Shown: in pieces, positions 26,118 through 34,505 of the stretch
Layout: each line of letters begins with the position of its first letter
Numbering within the stretch: the stretch's first letter is position 1
Source of the DNA: Patescibacteria group bacterium
Lineage (GTDB): Bacteria; Patescibacteriota; Patescibacteriia; Magasanikbacterales; GWA2-37-8
Assembly: GCA_004321885.1 (NCBI GenBank)
Contig: SCQK01000014.1
Coordinates: 95,464 to 159,463 of the forward strand
Direction of reading: 5' to 3'
Length of the DNA: 64,000 bases
Position numbers and translations under genes: made by a program
The notes under the pieces: generated by a model
Seen by the model: only the letters and a program-made list of their open reading frames with translations
Databases searched by the model: none
Told to the model about the DNA's origin: nothing

Positions 26118-26669
26118 ATGTCAATAAAATTTTTATTACATGCCTGCTGCGCGCCGTGCAGTATCGCGGTGATAGATGAGCTGAAATCAAAGTTCGTTTT
26201 GACCGTGTTTTTTTACAATCCCAACATCCATCCGGAAGAAGAATACAAAAAAAGAAAAGCCGAATTGGTGAAAGTTTGTAAAGAATGGGGCGTGCCGATG
26301 GTGGACATGGATTACGACGCAGACCGGTGGCACAAGATCGTGGGTGAAGGCCTGTCTGCCGAGGGCGAGGGCGGCACGCGCTGTTTCTTGTGTTTCAAAT
26401 TTCGTTTAGCCAAGGTGGCCGATTATGCCGCCAAAAACTGTTTTCAGTATTTCGGCACCTCGCTTTCCAGCGGCCGCAATAAAAACGCCGAGGTAATAAA
26501 CGACGTTGGCCGGTCTTTCGCGGCGCATTATAAAATAAAATACTACGCCGCTGATTGGAAAAAAGGCGGACGGCAGGAAAAGGCGCGCCAGATGGCGGCC
26601 GAGCGGGGGATTTACCGCCAGGATTATTGCGGCTGTGTTTATTCTTTTCGCGACAAGCGCGAGGAATAG
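26118..26669 (+). CDS. queH: Epoxyqueuosine reductase QueH (DUF208)
   Basis: LLHACCAPCS N-terminus, YNPNIHP, C-terminal YRQDYCGCVYS. Confidence 0.8.
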   Translation: MSIKFLLHACCAPCSIAVIDELKSKFVLTVFFYNPNIHPEEEYKKRKAELVKVCKEWGVPMVDMDYDADRWHKIVGEGLSAEGEGGTRCFLCFKFRLAKVADYAAKNCFQYFGTSLSSGRNKNAEVINDVGRSFAAHYKIKYYAADWKKGGRQEKARQMAAERGIYRQDYCGCVYSFRDKREE

Positions 26670-26673
26670 GCGT

Positions 26674-26742
26674 GCGCCCTCCTCCCCCTTTTAGAGCCTG
26701 TCCCGAACTTGTTTCGGGAGGGAGGATAGAGGAGGGAGTATG
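26674..26742. repeat. Family-A-like nested hairpin between queH and tsaE
   Basis: CCCTCCTCCCCC...TCCCGAACTTGTTTCGGGA...GGAGGGAG. Confidence 0.7.
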
Positions 26743-27245
26743 TGTATTTTTCTCTTGTTCCCTCCCGCGTATTCAATTCTGACGGTTATTATTTTCGGCC
26801 CTTGGCCGATATTTTTCAAAAGCTCTTTTATTTTCTCCGGCCACTCAATCGCGCAAATCGTATCCGGCCTGCCCAAATAATCCAGCGCGCCGATTTCCAC
26901 AAGTTCGTGCTCATTTTTTAGCCGGTAGGTATCTATATGGACGAATTTTTGTGTCCCCCTGCCCCCACACCAAAATTTTTGGTGTGGGGGCCTGCCCGAG
27001 GGGGACTTTGAGGGGGGTGGGAGCAAGTACACATTCATCAACGCGAACGTCGGACTGGTAATTTTTTCTTTGACGCCCAAGCCGGCGGCAATGCCTTTCA
27101 CCAATGCAGTTTTGCCCGCGCCCAGTTCGCCGTAAAGCAATAAAATATCGCCGCCGCGCAATTTTCGCGCCAAAGCCGCGCCAAACGCAAATGTTTCTTT
27201 TTCGTTTTTCGTGATAATTTTTTGATTGTTTTGACGGGTTGACAT
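26691..27245 (-). CDS. tsaE: tRNA threonylcarbamoyladenosine biosynthesis protein TsaE with in-frame repeat insertion
   Basis: P-loop GELGAGKT, SPTFALMN. Segment LLPPPSKSPSGRPPHQKFWCGGRGTQ is encoded by family-D palindromic repeat 26953..27025. Start at MSTRQ (27245); the ORF track extends to 27320. Confidence 0.8.
   Translation of the reverse strand: MSTRQNNQKIITKNEKETFAFGAALARKLRGGDILLLYGELGAGKTALVKGIAAGLGVKEKITSPTFALMNVYLLPPPSKSPSGRPPHQKFWCGGRGTQKFVHIDTYRLKNEHELVEIGALDYLGRPDTICAIEWPEKIKELLKNIGQGPKIITVRIEYAGGNKRKIHILPPLSSLPKQVRDRL
26953..27025. repeat. Family-D palindromic repeat inside tsaE
   Basis: GTCCCCCTGCCCCCACACCAAAATTTTTGGTGTGGGGGCCTGCCCGAGGGGGAC... Confidence 0.85.
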
Positions 27246-27519
27246 AGAAAAGCGATTACCTGTAATATATAGATGGTGGGCGCGGAGCGGCGGAAAAAAT
27301 GTTCTACAACTTTTTTTCATAGGTTCGCCAATATCTGTTTGGCCCTTGGGTCAAACGTGCGGCTTACCACCTACTATCACGGGACACGTGACGCCGCTTG
27401 CGCGCTTAACCCTTTTTTGATTTTACAGTAAAACTGAAAAAAAGCAACGGGTTATACTGCGTATAGCCCGTTCTCGCTCGGAAACGCAAAATTAAAATTT
27501 TGCGTTTCGCTCGCTCGAA

Positions 27520-27592
27520 CGGGCTATAGCGAAGTTGGTATCGCGCATGCATGGGGTGCATGAGACCGTGGGTTCAAGTCCCACTAGCCCGA
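27520..27592 (+). tRNA. tRNA-Pro (anticodon GGG)
   Basis: Acceptor CGGGCTA/TAGCCCG, D-arm GCGA-AGTTGGTA-TCGC, anticodon stem CATGC/GCATG with loop ATGGGGT, T-arm GTGGG-TTCAAGT-CCCAC, discriminator A. Confidence 0.8.
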
Positions 27593-27599
27593 CTAACAC

Positions 27600-27632
27600 A
27601 AACTACTCCGCCCGGGCGGAGTAGTTTTTTGC
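27600..27632 (+). terminator. Rho-independent terminator after tRNA-Pro
   Basis: ACTACTCCGCCCGGGCGGAGTAGT + TTTTTT. Confidence 0.8.
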
Positions 27633-27634
27633 TA

Positions 27635-27671
27635 CTGGATTCCGGTCGCCTGCGACGACCGGAATGACAAT
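27635..27671. repeat. Family-B repeat
   Basis: CTGGATTCCGGTCGCCTGCGACGACCGGAATGACAA. Confidence 0.85.
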
Positions 27672-27673
27672 TT

Positions 27674-28204
27674 TTACTCAATGCAACAGTCAATCGCTTT
27701 TTTGACCAGCGTGCGCAAACGGCCCATCAGCCCGGCCTTTTCCTCGTCGTGCCGGTTGAGAGCGTTGTCGTCTATCTTTTTAATGTCGTCGGTTTTTATC
27801 AATTTCATGTTCACGCCCCAAAACAGCGAATACAAATCATAAGCCTTTTGAAACAAATCGCGCGCCTCGTCTTTTTTGCCCATGCCCATTTGCTTGGCGC
27901 CCACTTCCATCAGGCGCATGCTGGCGGCCAGCAAATGTTTGGAAATGCACCAGACTTCGCCTTCGTATTCTTTTATAATTTTTCGCAAAAGTTCTCCCCT
28001 TATCTGCCGCACTTCTTGAAGCAAATCATAATATTCGGGCTTGCCGGTTTTGGCGCCGGTAAAGAAAAAATGCTCTTCAATGCTAATCAGGTTCATGATG
28101 GCGATGGACAAATCCTGGTCCGAAGACAAATCCAGCTTGTCCTGTTTTTTCATGCCGTCAACTTTTTTGACGAGCTCGTCCAAATTTTGAATGGGATTGT
28201 CCAT
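27674..28204 (-). CDS. Hypothetical cytoplasmic helical protein (176 aa)
   Basis: ORF only; no recognisable motifs. Confidence 0.5.
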   Translation of the reverse strand: MDNPIQNLDELVKKVDGMKKQDKLDLSSDQDLSIAIMNLISIEEHFFFTGAKTGKPEYYDLLQEVRQIRGELLRKIIKEYEGEVWCISKHLLAASMRLMEVGAKQMGMGKKDEARDLFQKAYDLYSLFWGVNMKLIKTDDIKKIDDNALNRHDEEKAGLMGRLRTLVKKAIDCCIE

Positions 28205-28207
28205 AAT

Positions 28208-28714
28208 TTAACGTGTTATAAAATAAAACAGCGCGCTGAGGGCGACCAGCGGCCCCACGGACAGCGCTATTTTTTCAAAGGGAAAATGCGCGTGCCCGTT
28301 GTTTTTAGTTTTGAGATAAAAATATAAATTGGCGCCGGCGTAAAATACCACACTGCCGATGATGATGCCGAGCAGTAGTTTGTCCATGCCCCACAGGGTA
28401 TTGTATGGATGTCCTATGACATTCATCCAGAACAGGGGAACAATGGTGAGGCCATAATAAACAATCGCGAAAACAATGCCGCTTAATTTGAAGTTTTTGC
28501 CTTTTTTGATAAGCCAGTTTTTTGTCCACATTGTCAGCGCGGCCAGCAGGCCGCCCACCCACAAGCCGGTAATGGCATCATCCACGCCCAGCCAGCGCGA
28601 CAGCCCCACGCCCGCCCCCACGGCCACGGCGCAGACAGGGCACACTGCTTTGGCCGGAGCCGCGGCGGCAAGAATGACGAGGATACTAATTAGCGACGTT
28701 TTTTTGTTTAACAT
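28208..28714 (-). CDS. Polytopic membrane protein with CPVC motif (possible thiol-disulfide oxidoreductase partner)
   Basis: 4-5 TM helices; CxxC (AVCPVCAV) in the first hydrophobic segment. Confidence 0.5.
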   Translation of the reverse strand: MLNKKTSLISILVILAAAAPAKAVCPVCAVAVGAGVGLSRWLGVDDAITGLWVGGLLAALTMWTKNWLIKKGKNFKLSGIVFAIVYYGLTIVPLFWMNVIGHPYNTLWGMDKLLLGIIIGSVVFYAGANLYFYLKTKNNGHAHFPFEKIALSVGPLVALSALFYFITR

Positions 28715-29057
28715 ACTGAAATAAATAATCTCTCACCTGGTCTTCTCCGACGTGGCAAGAAGCGCCGTCTGACAAAAACGGCACCCCCACCTGCCCGCCC
28801 GGCAGACCGCATTTTTTGGCGGCCCTGGCCATGTCCAGGGCATTGCCCTGGTCGTGATAAACTTCTTTGCGGTTGATGGTTATTTTTTCGTCCAGCTTGT
28901 TGCTTTGAATGAAAGCGTCTATGTTGGCGCAGTGCGGGCATTCGCGACCGTAATATAAAACAATCTCTCCGGCCGCGGCTGGTTTTTCGCGGAAAAGAAA
29001 AATTACGCCGGCGATGGCCGCGAGAGAAATGATGACAAGCAGGGTTGTTTTTTTCAT
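28686..29057 (-). CDS. Membrane-anchored thioredoxin/glutaredoxin-fold protein (CPHC)
   Basis: MKKTTLLVIISLAAIAGVIF anchor, YYGRECPHCANI CxxC, later VGVPFL cis-Pro region. Start at 29057; the ORF-track extension to 29222 overlaps rpmB. Confidence 0.65.
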   Translation of the reverse strand: MKKTTLLVIISLAAIAGVIFLFREKPAAAGEIVLYYGRECPHCANIDAFIQSNKLDEKITINRKEVYHDQGNALDMARAAKKCGLPGGQVGVPFLSDGASCHVGEDQVRDYLFQYVKQKNVAN

Positions 29058-29065
29058 GTTAATCC

Positions 29066-29242
29066 TTAGGCCGCCTTTTTGGCCAGAGTGCGCCGGCAGG
29101 TGGAGCAGACGCGCGCGGAAACGCCGTCCAGCTTTATCATCTGCAAGTTCGGCTTTTGGCGCCGCGGCGTTTTGATGTTGGAGTGGCTGACGCTGTTGGC
29201 GCGGGCCGCTTTTTTTCCGCACAAGTCGCAGGTTCGGGACAT
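29066..29242 (-). CDS. rpmB: 50S ribosomal protein L28
   Basis: MSRTCDLCGKKAARANSVSHSNIKTPRRQKPNLQ matches the L28 consensus (M-R-C..GK...GN.VSHSN..T.R...PNLQ). Confidence 0.85.
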   Translation of the reverse strand: MSRTCDLCGKKAARANSVSHSNIKTPRRQKPNLQMIKLDGVSARVCSTCRRTLAKKAA

Positions 29243-29327
29243 AGTGAGCAAATTATACTAAACTTGGCATTTACTGTCAAGTATGGTATTATGAAGACAA
29301 TTCATTTTTTTCATATTTTGCGTTTGT

Positions 29328-30575
29328 ATGCCGTCAAAAATTCAAAAAGAAGGGCCGTTTGAAGGGGCGCTGAAACAACTGGAAAAAACGCGCAAGCTCA
29401 TCAGCCTGGAAGAAAATATTTACGCTCAGCTCAAAGCGCCGAAGCGGTTTTTGCAAGTGTCCATTCCGGTGCGCATGGACAATGGCTCGGTGCGGGTCTT
29501 TACCGGCTATCGTTCGCAGTATAACGACAGCCGCGGGCCGTACAAGGGCGGTATTCGTTTTCATCCGGATGTGAACGAAAGTGAAGTCAAGGCCTTGAGT
29601 ATGTGGATGACTTGGAAGTGCGCCGTGGTCGGCATTCCTTTGGGCGGCGGCAAGGGCGGGGTGATTGTCAATCCCCGCGAGCTGTCGGTCGGCGAGCTGG
29701 AGCGCCTGTCGCGCGGCTATATTCAGGCCGTGTTTGCGTTTTTGGGTCCGCAACTGGATGTGCCGGCCCCGGATGTTTACACTGACCCGAAAATCATGGG
29801 CTGGATGCTGGATGAATACGAAAAATTGCTGGGTCATCACGCGCCCGGAGTAATTACCGGCAAGCCCCTTTCTATCGGCGGTTCAGCGGCGCGCGGCTAC
29901 AGCACGGCCCAGGGCGGGGTTTATGTTTTAAGCAATGCCGCGGCCAAATTAAAATTAAGCAAAGACGCCAAGGTGGCTATCCAGGGTTTTGGCAACGCCG
30001 GTTCCAATATGGCTGATTTGCTGGCCAAAAAAGGATACAAAATTGTGGCTGTGAGCGATTCCAAGGGCGCTATTTACAAGGCCAAGGGATTGGACGTGGC
30101 GGCTTTAGCGGCGCACAAACAAAAAACCGGCGGGGTGGCCAATTTTGCCGGTGCGCAAAAATTGGAAGACATCATCGGCTGTGATTGCGATATTTTGGTT
30201 TTGGCGGCTTTGGAAAATTCCGTCACTTTGGAAAATGCGAAAAGCATCAAAGCGAAATTGGTGTTTGAGCTGGCCAATGGGCCGGTTTCGCCCGGGGCCG
30301 ATGAGGTTTTGGCAGGCGACGGAGTTTCGATAATACCGGATATTTTGGCCAACGCCGGCGGAGTGGCCGTGAGCTATTTTGAACAGGCGCAAAATGCGAG
30401 CAATTATTATTGGACCGAAGCAGAGGTTTTGCAAAAACTGGAAAAGCTGATGAACGATGCTTTTGACGCGGTATGGGAAAGAAAAGAAAAATATAAAACG
30501 ACCTTGCGCCTGGGCGCGCATATTTTGGCCGTGGAGCGCGTGGCCCAGGCGATGAGGGATAGGGGATTGAATTAA
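29328..30575 (+). CDS. Glutamate dehydrogenase (Glu/Leu/Phe/Val dehydrogenase family)
   Basis: Catalytic GGGKGG (IPLGGGKGGV), NAD(P)-binding GFGNAG. Confidence 0.9.
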   Translation: MPSKIQKEGPFEGALKQLEKTRKLISLEENIYAQLKAPKRFLQVSIPVRMDNGSVRVFTGYRSQYNDSRGPYKGGIRFHPDVNESEVKALSMWMTWKCAVVGIPLGGGKGGVIVNPRELSVGELERLSRGYIQAVFAFLGPQLDVPAPDVYTDPKIMGWMLDEYEKLLGHHAPGVITGKPLSIGGSAARGYSTAQGGVYVLSNAAAKLKLSKDAKVAIQGFGNAGSNMADLLAKKGYKIVAVSDSKGAIYKAKGLDVAALAAHKQKTGGVANFAGAQKLEDIIGCDCDILVLAALENSVTLENAKSIKAKLVFELANGPVSPGADEVLAGDGVSIIPDILANAGGVAVSYFEQAQNASNYYWTEAEVLQKLEKLMNDAFDAVWERKEKYKTTLRLGAHILAVERVAQAMRDRGLN

Positions 30576-30580
30576 AATGA

Positions 30581-30692
30581 CCAATTTCAAATTACAAATG
30601 TCAAATTAATGTCAAAATTACAATGTCCAATTTGATATTAAAATTAGTCATTGGACATTGATTGGAAATTGGAAATTTGGATTTTGAAATTT
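30581..30692. promoter_or_regulatory. AT-rich intergenic motif block (TGTCCAAT-N-ATTGGACA plus ATTGGAAATTGGAAATTTGGA) upstream of yidC
   Basis: Inverted repeat and TTTCCAA-type direct repeats seen directly. Confidence 0.4.
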
Positions 30693-30696
30693 TCGT

Positions 30697-31392
30697 ATGC
30701 TGTCTTACATCTGGTTCACTTTCCTGTATCAGCCGCTGTTTAATGCCTTGGTTTGGCTTTACGTAAACGTGGCGCATCAAAATTTGGGCTGGGCTGTGGT
30801 TTGGCTGACAATTTTTTTGCGCGTTCTGCTTTTGCCGTTCACAATAATTTCTTACCGCGACGTTGGGCGCCAGGAAAAAGCCCAGCTGGAGGCCTTAAAA
30901 GCGGCGCGGGCGTACCAGGGCGATTTAGTGGCGCAGAAAGAAATTATCCGCGATATCATGAGGAAAAACCGCATTTCGCCCTGGGCCAAGGTTTTGACTT
31001 TGGGCGTTCAGCTTTTGGTTTTGGTCCTGCTCTATCAGGTTTTCGTGCGCGGCATTACCGGCGAGAAGGTCATTAAAATTCTTTACCCGAGCATTGATTT
31101 TCCGGGCAAAATCAACACTGAATTTTACGGTTTTGACATCGGCGCTAGGCATGATTTTATCTGGGCCGGCGCGGCCGCGCTCTATTTGTTTATTTCCATA
31201 ATGTTCGCCAGCCGGCATCGCAAGCATTGGGACGGCGCTTCGGCCGTCTATGTGGTGCTTTTTCCGCTGGCCACTTTTTTCGCGCTTTGGCTTTTGCCTA
31301 TGGTTAAATCGCTCTTCATTTTGACAACCATGATTTTTTCTGATACAATATCCGTGTTAAAAGCGCTTTTATTCCCCGCTAAAAAAACCTAG
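30697..31392 (+). CDS. yidC: Membrane protein insertase YidC/Oxa1 family (short form)
   Basis: NLGWAVVWLTIFLRVLLLPF first TM, amphipathic region, then 4 further TMs as in YidC. Confidence 0.7.
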   Translation: MLSYIWFTFLYQPLFNALVWLYVNVAHQNLGWAVVWLTIFLRVLLLPFTIISYRDVGRQEKAQLEALKAARAYQGDLVAQKEIIRDIMRKNRISPWAKVLTLGVQLLVLVLLYQVFVRGITGEKVIKILYPSIDFPGKINTEFYGFDIGARHDFIWAGAAALYLFISIMFASRHRKHWDGASAVYVVLFPLATFFALWLLPMVKSLFILTTMIFSDTISVLKALLFPAKKT

Positions 31393-31398
31393 TATAAT

Positions 31399-31427
31399 TG
31401 TCATTCCCGCGAAAGCGGGAATCCAGC
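31399..31427. repeat. Family-B repeat upstream of SPFH gene
   Basis: TGTCATTCCCGCGAAAGCGGGAATCCAGC. Confidence 0.85.
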
Positions 31428-31431
31428 AAAT

Positions 31432-32004
31432 ATGTCCGCCGACTCATTGGACAAACTGATGTATTCGTTCGTGATGGAGGATGTTTTGAAAGGCATTTTT
31501 ATCACAGTGCCGCCCGGGTATGTGGCGTGCGTTTACGATTACGGCCGGGGAGTGCTGAAAAAAGTTTTGACTCCGGGTTTGCATTTGAAAATTCCGTTTT
31601 GGCAGAAGGCCAAATTGTTTAACACACAGACCTTGGAATACAGCATTTCGCGCAACTTTAATCCCGAGCACGAAAAGTCTTTGGGCGATATTCCCATCGC
31701 GGCCGTAACCAAAGACAGCCAGCGCGTGGGCGTGGAAGGCACAATTTTACTTCGCCTGGACGTGCACCAGATTCCCAGCATTTGGCAGACCATTGGCGAG
31801 GATTTTGTGGTCAAGATAGTGCGGCCCAGCATACGTAGCCGCATCCGCATGGTCTTTTCGCACTATGATTTTCAGGAAATTATCACGGTGAAGCGCGACG
31901 CCGTGGAAATGGAACTAAAAAACGAGCTTGAGCGCATCTTTTACGCGCGCGGCATTTACGTGGAGAATGTATTGCTCTCCGAGATTTCACAGATAAGGCA
32001 GTAA
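31432..32004 (+). CDS. SPFH/band-7 (stomatin/HflC-like) domain protein, short (190 aa), no obvious membrane anchor
   Basis: VPPGYVACVYDYGRGVLKKVLTPGLHLKIPFWQKAKLFNTQT... has the SPFH beta-sheet core. Ends right at family-B repeat 32005..32035; possibly truncated. Confidence 0.6.
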   Translation: MSADSLDKLMYSFVMEDVLKGIFITVPPGYVACVYDYGRGVLKKVLTPGLHLKIPFWQKAKLFNTQTLEYSISRNFNPEHEKSLGDIPIAAVTKDSQRVGVEGTILLRLDVHQIPSIWQTIGEDFVVKIVRPSIRSRIRMVFSHYDFQEIITVKRDAVEMELKNELERIFYARGIYVENVLLSEISQIRQ

Positions 32005-32035
32005 TGTCATTCTGGCTCGGGAGCCAGAATCCATC
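32005..32035. repeat. Family-B repeat at 3' end of SPFH gene
   Basis: TGTCATTCTGGCTCGGGAGCCAGAATCCATC. Confidence 0.85.
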
Positions 32036-32184
32036 ATTCAATTCAAACCGGCAGTATCACTGCCGGTTTTTATTATTGACTTTTTTATGTTAGTGGTATA
32101 TTATAATGGGTCTTTTCGGATTCACGTCCGAGGGATAGTTTGAAAACCAGCCGCTTGCAAGCGGCACAACGATGGAGGGAAATC

Positions 32185-32634
32185 ATGATCGCTCTTTTTA
32201 TCGTGCTGACGCTCTGTGCCTTGGCAGGCAAGGTGTACCTCACCTTCTTCAAAGAGGAGGAATGGTGGGGGAATGTTTGTCTGTTATTCGGGCTGGTCTT
32301 TAGTGTGGTCATCGCGACGTTTCTGGCGTATAATGACCAGAAACGTGACTGGGAGAAAAAAGTGGCAAATGCTAAAACTGTTACAGGAATCGTGCAAAGA
32401 GTGTCGGTGGAGGTTGCTACTCCAAGTAACTTCGCCACCTTCTATATCTACTTGCGCGGCGACTCTAAGCTCTATCGTTTGTCGAGGAATATTTCCGACG
32501 AGCTGCCGTCCACACGTGAAGGCGACAGGGTGCGTGTGAAGTATGTGGAAGGAAAAGATGAGACGATCTACTTCGACAACCTCGATCTCTCTCCCACTCC
32601 ACCGACCTCCACGGCCTGTCCGGAAAGGCAGTGA
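32185..32634 (+). CDS. Hypothetical membrane protein
   Basis: Start at ATG 32185 with GGAGGG 6 nt upstream (the ORF track starts at 32140). Two TM helices then a soluble domain. Promoter TTGACT-17-TATTAT at about 32076-32104. Confidence 0.5.
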   Translation: MIALFIVLTLCALAGKVYLTFFKEEEWWGNVCLLFGLVFSVVIATFLAYNDQKRDWEKKVANAKTVTGIVQRVSVEVATPSNFATFYIYLRGDSKLYRLSRNISDELPSTREGDRVRVKYVEGKDETIYFDNLDLSPTPPTSTACPERQ

Positions 32635-32882
32635 TAGAGATGACGAAGCTCAGGCGGTGCATGTTGTTGGCGGTTGAGATCGTGTTCTGGACGGTTGGTT
32701 CGTTGGTTTACGTTGCGGTTGTGCTGTTTCTGGCGCCGCCGTTGCCGGTAATCACCGCTACTCTCGGCGTGTTTGGCGCCCTGCTGTCGCCGTTGGGAGG
32801 GGTCGCCTTCGGAACGGCGCTGGTTCTGGGCGCTAACAAACTTGAAGAAAGGAGGCGGAAATCAAGGCGGTTCTTTGTGTGA
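32631..32882 (+). CDS. Hypothetical small membrane protein (2 TM)
   Basis: ATGA overlap with the preceding gene; hydrophobic. Confidence 0.4.
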   Translation: MIEMTKLRRCMLLAVEIVFWTVGSLVYVAVVLFLAPPLPVITATLGVFGALLSPLGGVAFGTALVLGANKLEERRRKSRRFFV

Positions 32883-33002
32883 TTTTTCAGGAGTGTTCCG
32901 GCGCGCTAGTAGCGAGGCGCTGGGCAGAGTGGGGAAAGGAGGAAATCTCGCTACCACTCAAAAGCAGCTTTTTACAAGGCTGTTTTTGTTTTTTCCATGC
33001 TC

Positions 33003-33055
33003 TTGACATTCCTTTCGCGCGTATGATATTATCACTCGTGTAGTGAGAGTGATAA
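33003..33055 (+). promoter_or_regulatory. sigma70-type promoter (TTGACA-18-TATTAT) overlapping a CIRCE-like HrcA operator
   Basis: TTATCACTC-gtgtagtga-GAGTGATAA is a perfect 9-N9-9 inverted repeat; it differs from canonical CIRCE (TTAGCACTC-N9-GAGTGCTAA) by one G to T change per arm. Immediately upstream of hrcA. Confidence 0.8.
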
Positions 33056-33060
33056 CGGAC

Positions 33061-33095
33061 GCTGGATTCCCCCGTACTTAGTCGGGGGAATGACA
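33061..33095. repeat. Family-B repeat in hrcA 5' UTR
   Basis: GCTGGATTCCCCCGTACTTAGTCGGGGGAATGACA. Confidence 0.85.
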
Positions 33096-33107
33096 CTTGG
33101 ATAAAGT

Positions 33108-33794
33108 ATGGATACTCGCAGACAAAAACTCCTTATTTTGGTGATAGAAAACTATATTGATTCAGCCGAGCCGGTTGGCTCCAAGTTTTTGGTGTCTGAC
33201 GCGGATCTGGATTGGAGCGAAGCCACGGTGCGAAACGACCTGCGCGCCCTGGAAGAAGAGGGTTATCTGACCCACCCGCACACTTCGGCCGGACGCGTGC
33301 CCACCGAGCGCGGCTACCGTTTTTATCTGAAAAATTTGGATTTGAACAAGGTCAAAATTTCCAAGCGCGACAACGATGTTTTGGGTATGAGCATGAAAGA
33401 AGCGCGCGACGTGGAACTGCGCTACAAAAATTTGGCCAGGTCGCTGGCCGAGCTTTCCGGCGAGACCGTGCTGTTTGCTGTCTCGCCCGAGAAAGTGTAT
33501 TTTACCGGTCTTTCCAATTTATTCAGCAAGCCGGAGTTTCACGCCCTGGAGCTGATAGCCGACTTGTCGCAGATTTTGGATCACTGCGACCGCTGTCTGG
33601 ACCAGTTTTTTTCCGAAGAAGAAGTGGGCGGCGAACCTAAGTTTTTTTTGGGGCGTGAACATTCTTTCGGCGACATGCTTTCGGCGTTGGCTTTCAGTGG
33701 CGGTCCGGAGAGTTTGCTGGTGATGCTTGGCCCCATGCGCATGGATTACCGCCGCAATTACGCCTTGATGAATAAGATAAAAGAATTGTTATAA
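33108..33794 (+). CDS. hrcA: Heat-inducible transcription repressor HrcA (short form)
   Basis: N-terminal winged helix IENYIDSAEPVGSKFL...EATVRNDLRALEEEGYLTHPHTSAGRVPTERGYRFY. Confidence 0.85.
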   Translation: MDTRRQKLLILVIENYIDSAEPVGSKFLVSDADLDWSEATVRNDLRALEEEGYLTHPHTSAGRVPTERGYRFYLKNLDLNKVKISKRDNDVLGMSMKEARDVELRYKNLARSLAELSGETVLFAVSPEKVYFTGLSNLFSKPEFHALELIADLSQILDHCDRCLDQFFSEEEVGGEPKFFLGREHSFGDMLSALAFSGGPESLLVMLGPMRMDYRRNYALMNKIKELL

Positions 33795-33796
33795 AT

Positions 33797-34303
33797 ATGG
33801 CTGAAGAAGAAAAAAAAGAGATAGAGGAAAAGGAAGAGGGAGCGCCTTGTGAAAAGTGTGAAGAGCACAAAGCCAATTGGAAGAGGGCGTTGGCCGATTA
33901 CAAGAATTTGCAAAACGAGATCGCCCGATGCAAATCAGATTGGGCGAAAATGAGCGAGGCGCAGATTTTGCAGGAGTTTATTCCGGTGTATGATAATCTG
34001 AAACGGGGGCTGGCGGTTTCTCTCCCCCTGCTCGAGGGGGAGAAGCCCGAAGAACAGAGGGGGTGGGAGCAGTTGAAACAGGGGATAGAGTACGTGAAAA
34101 AGCAATTTGGAGAGGTCTTGAAAGCGCACGGAGTGGAGGAAATAAAAACCATCGGCGAACAGTTTGACCCGCGTTGGCACGAAGCCGTGGGCGAGGAAGA
34201 AGCCGATGGCGCCGAGGCGGGCGCGATTGTTCGCGAGGTGGATTCGGGATATAAAGTGGGCGACAGGGTCATAAAACCGGCGAAAGTAATCGTGGCGAAA
34301 TAG
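33797..34303 (+). CDS. grpE: Nucleotide exchange factor GrpE
   Basis: RALADYKNLQNE coiled-coil start, C-terminal beta domain GDRVIKPAKV. Confidence 0.85.
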   Translation: MAEEEKKEIEEKEEGAPCEKCEEHKANWKRALADYKNLQNEIARCKSDWAKMSEAQILQEFIPVYDNLKRGLAVSLPLLEGEKPEEQRGWEQLKQGIEYVKKQFGEVLKAHGVEEIKTIGEQFDPRWHEAVGEEEADGAEAGAIVREVDSGYKVGDRVIKPAKVIVAK

Positions 34304-34432
34304 CACCTTAAAATTAGGTCTTGACAAACGGGTGGTTAGTGTTGTATAGTAAATTCACTAAAATCACCCACTCTGCTCCCGCAAGGGAGCACAGTGGGGC
34401 TTTTATTTTATAAAGAAAAAAGAAAATAAATT

Positions 34433-34489
34433 TTCTCCCTTAATTAGGGGGAGAACGCCAAACAGTTCCCTCCCCTAAAAGGGGAGGGT
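34433..34489. repeat. Two family-A hairpins upstream of dnaK
   Basis: TTCTCCCTTAATTAGGGGGAGAA and CCCTCCCCTAAAAGGGGAGGG. Confidence 0.8.
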
Positions 34490-34505
34490 GTAAAACAATG
34501 AAATT

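Noticed and set aside
34321-34400. Second CIRCE element upstream of dnaK
   Set aside because: Region has a TTGACA-18-TATAGT promoter-like box and a hairpin (CCCACTCTGCTCCC..GGGAGCACAGTGGG) but no 9-N9-9 CIRCE-type inverted repeat; only the hrcA-proximal site qualifies.
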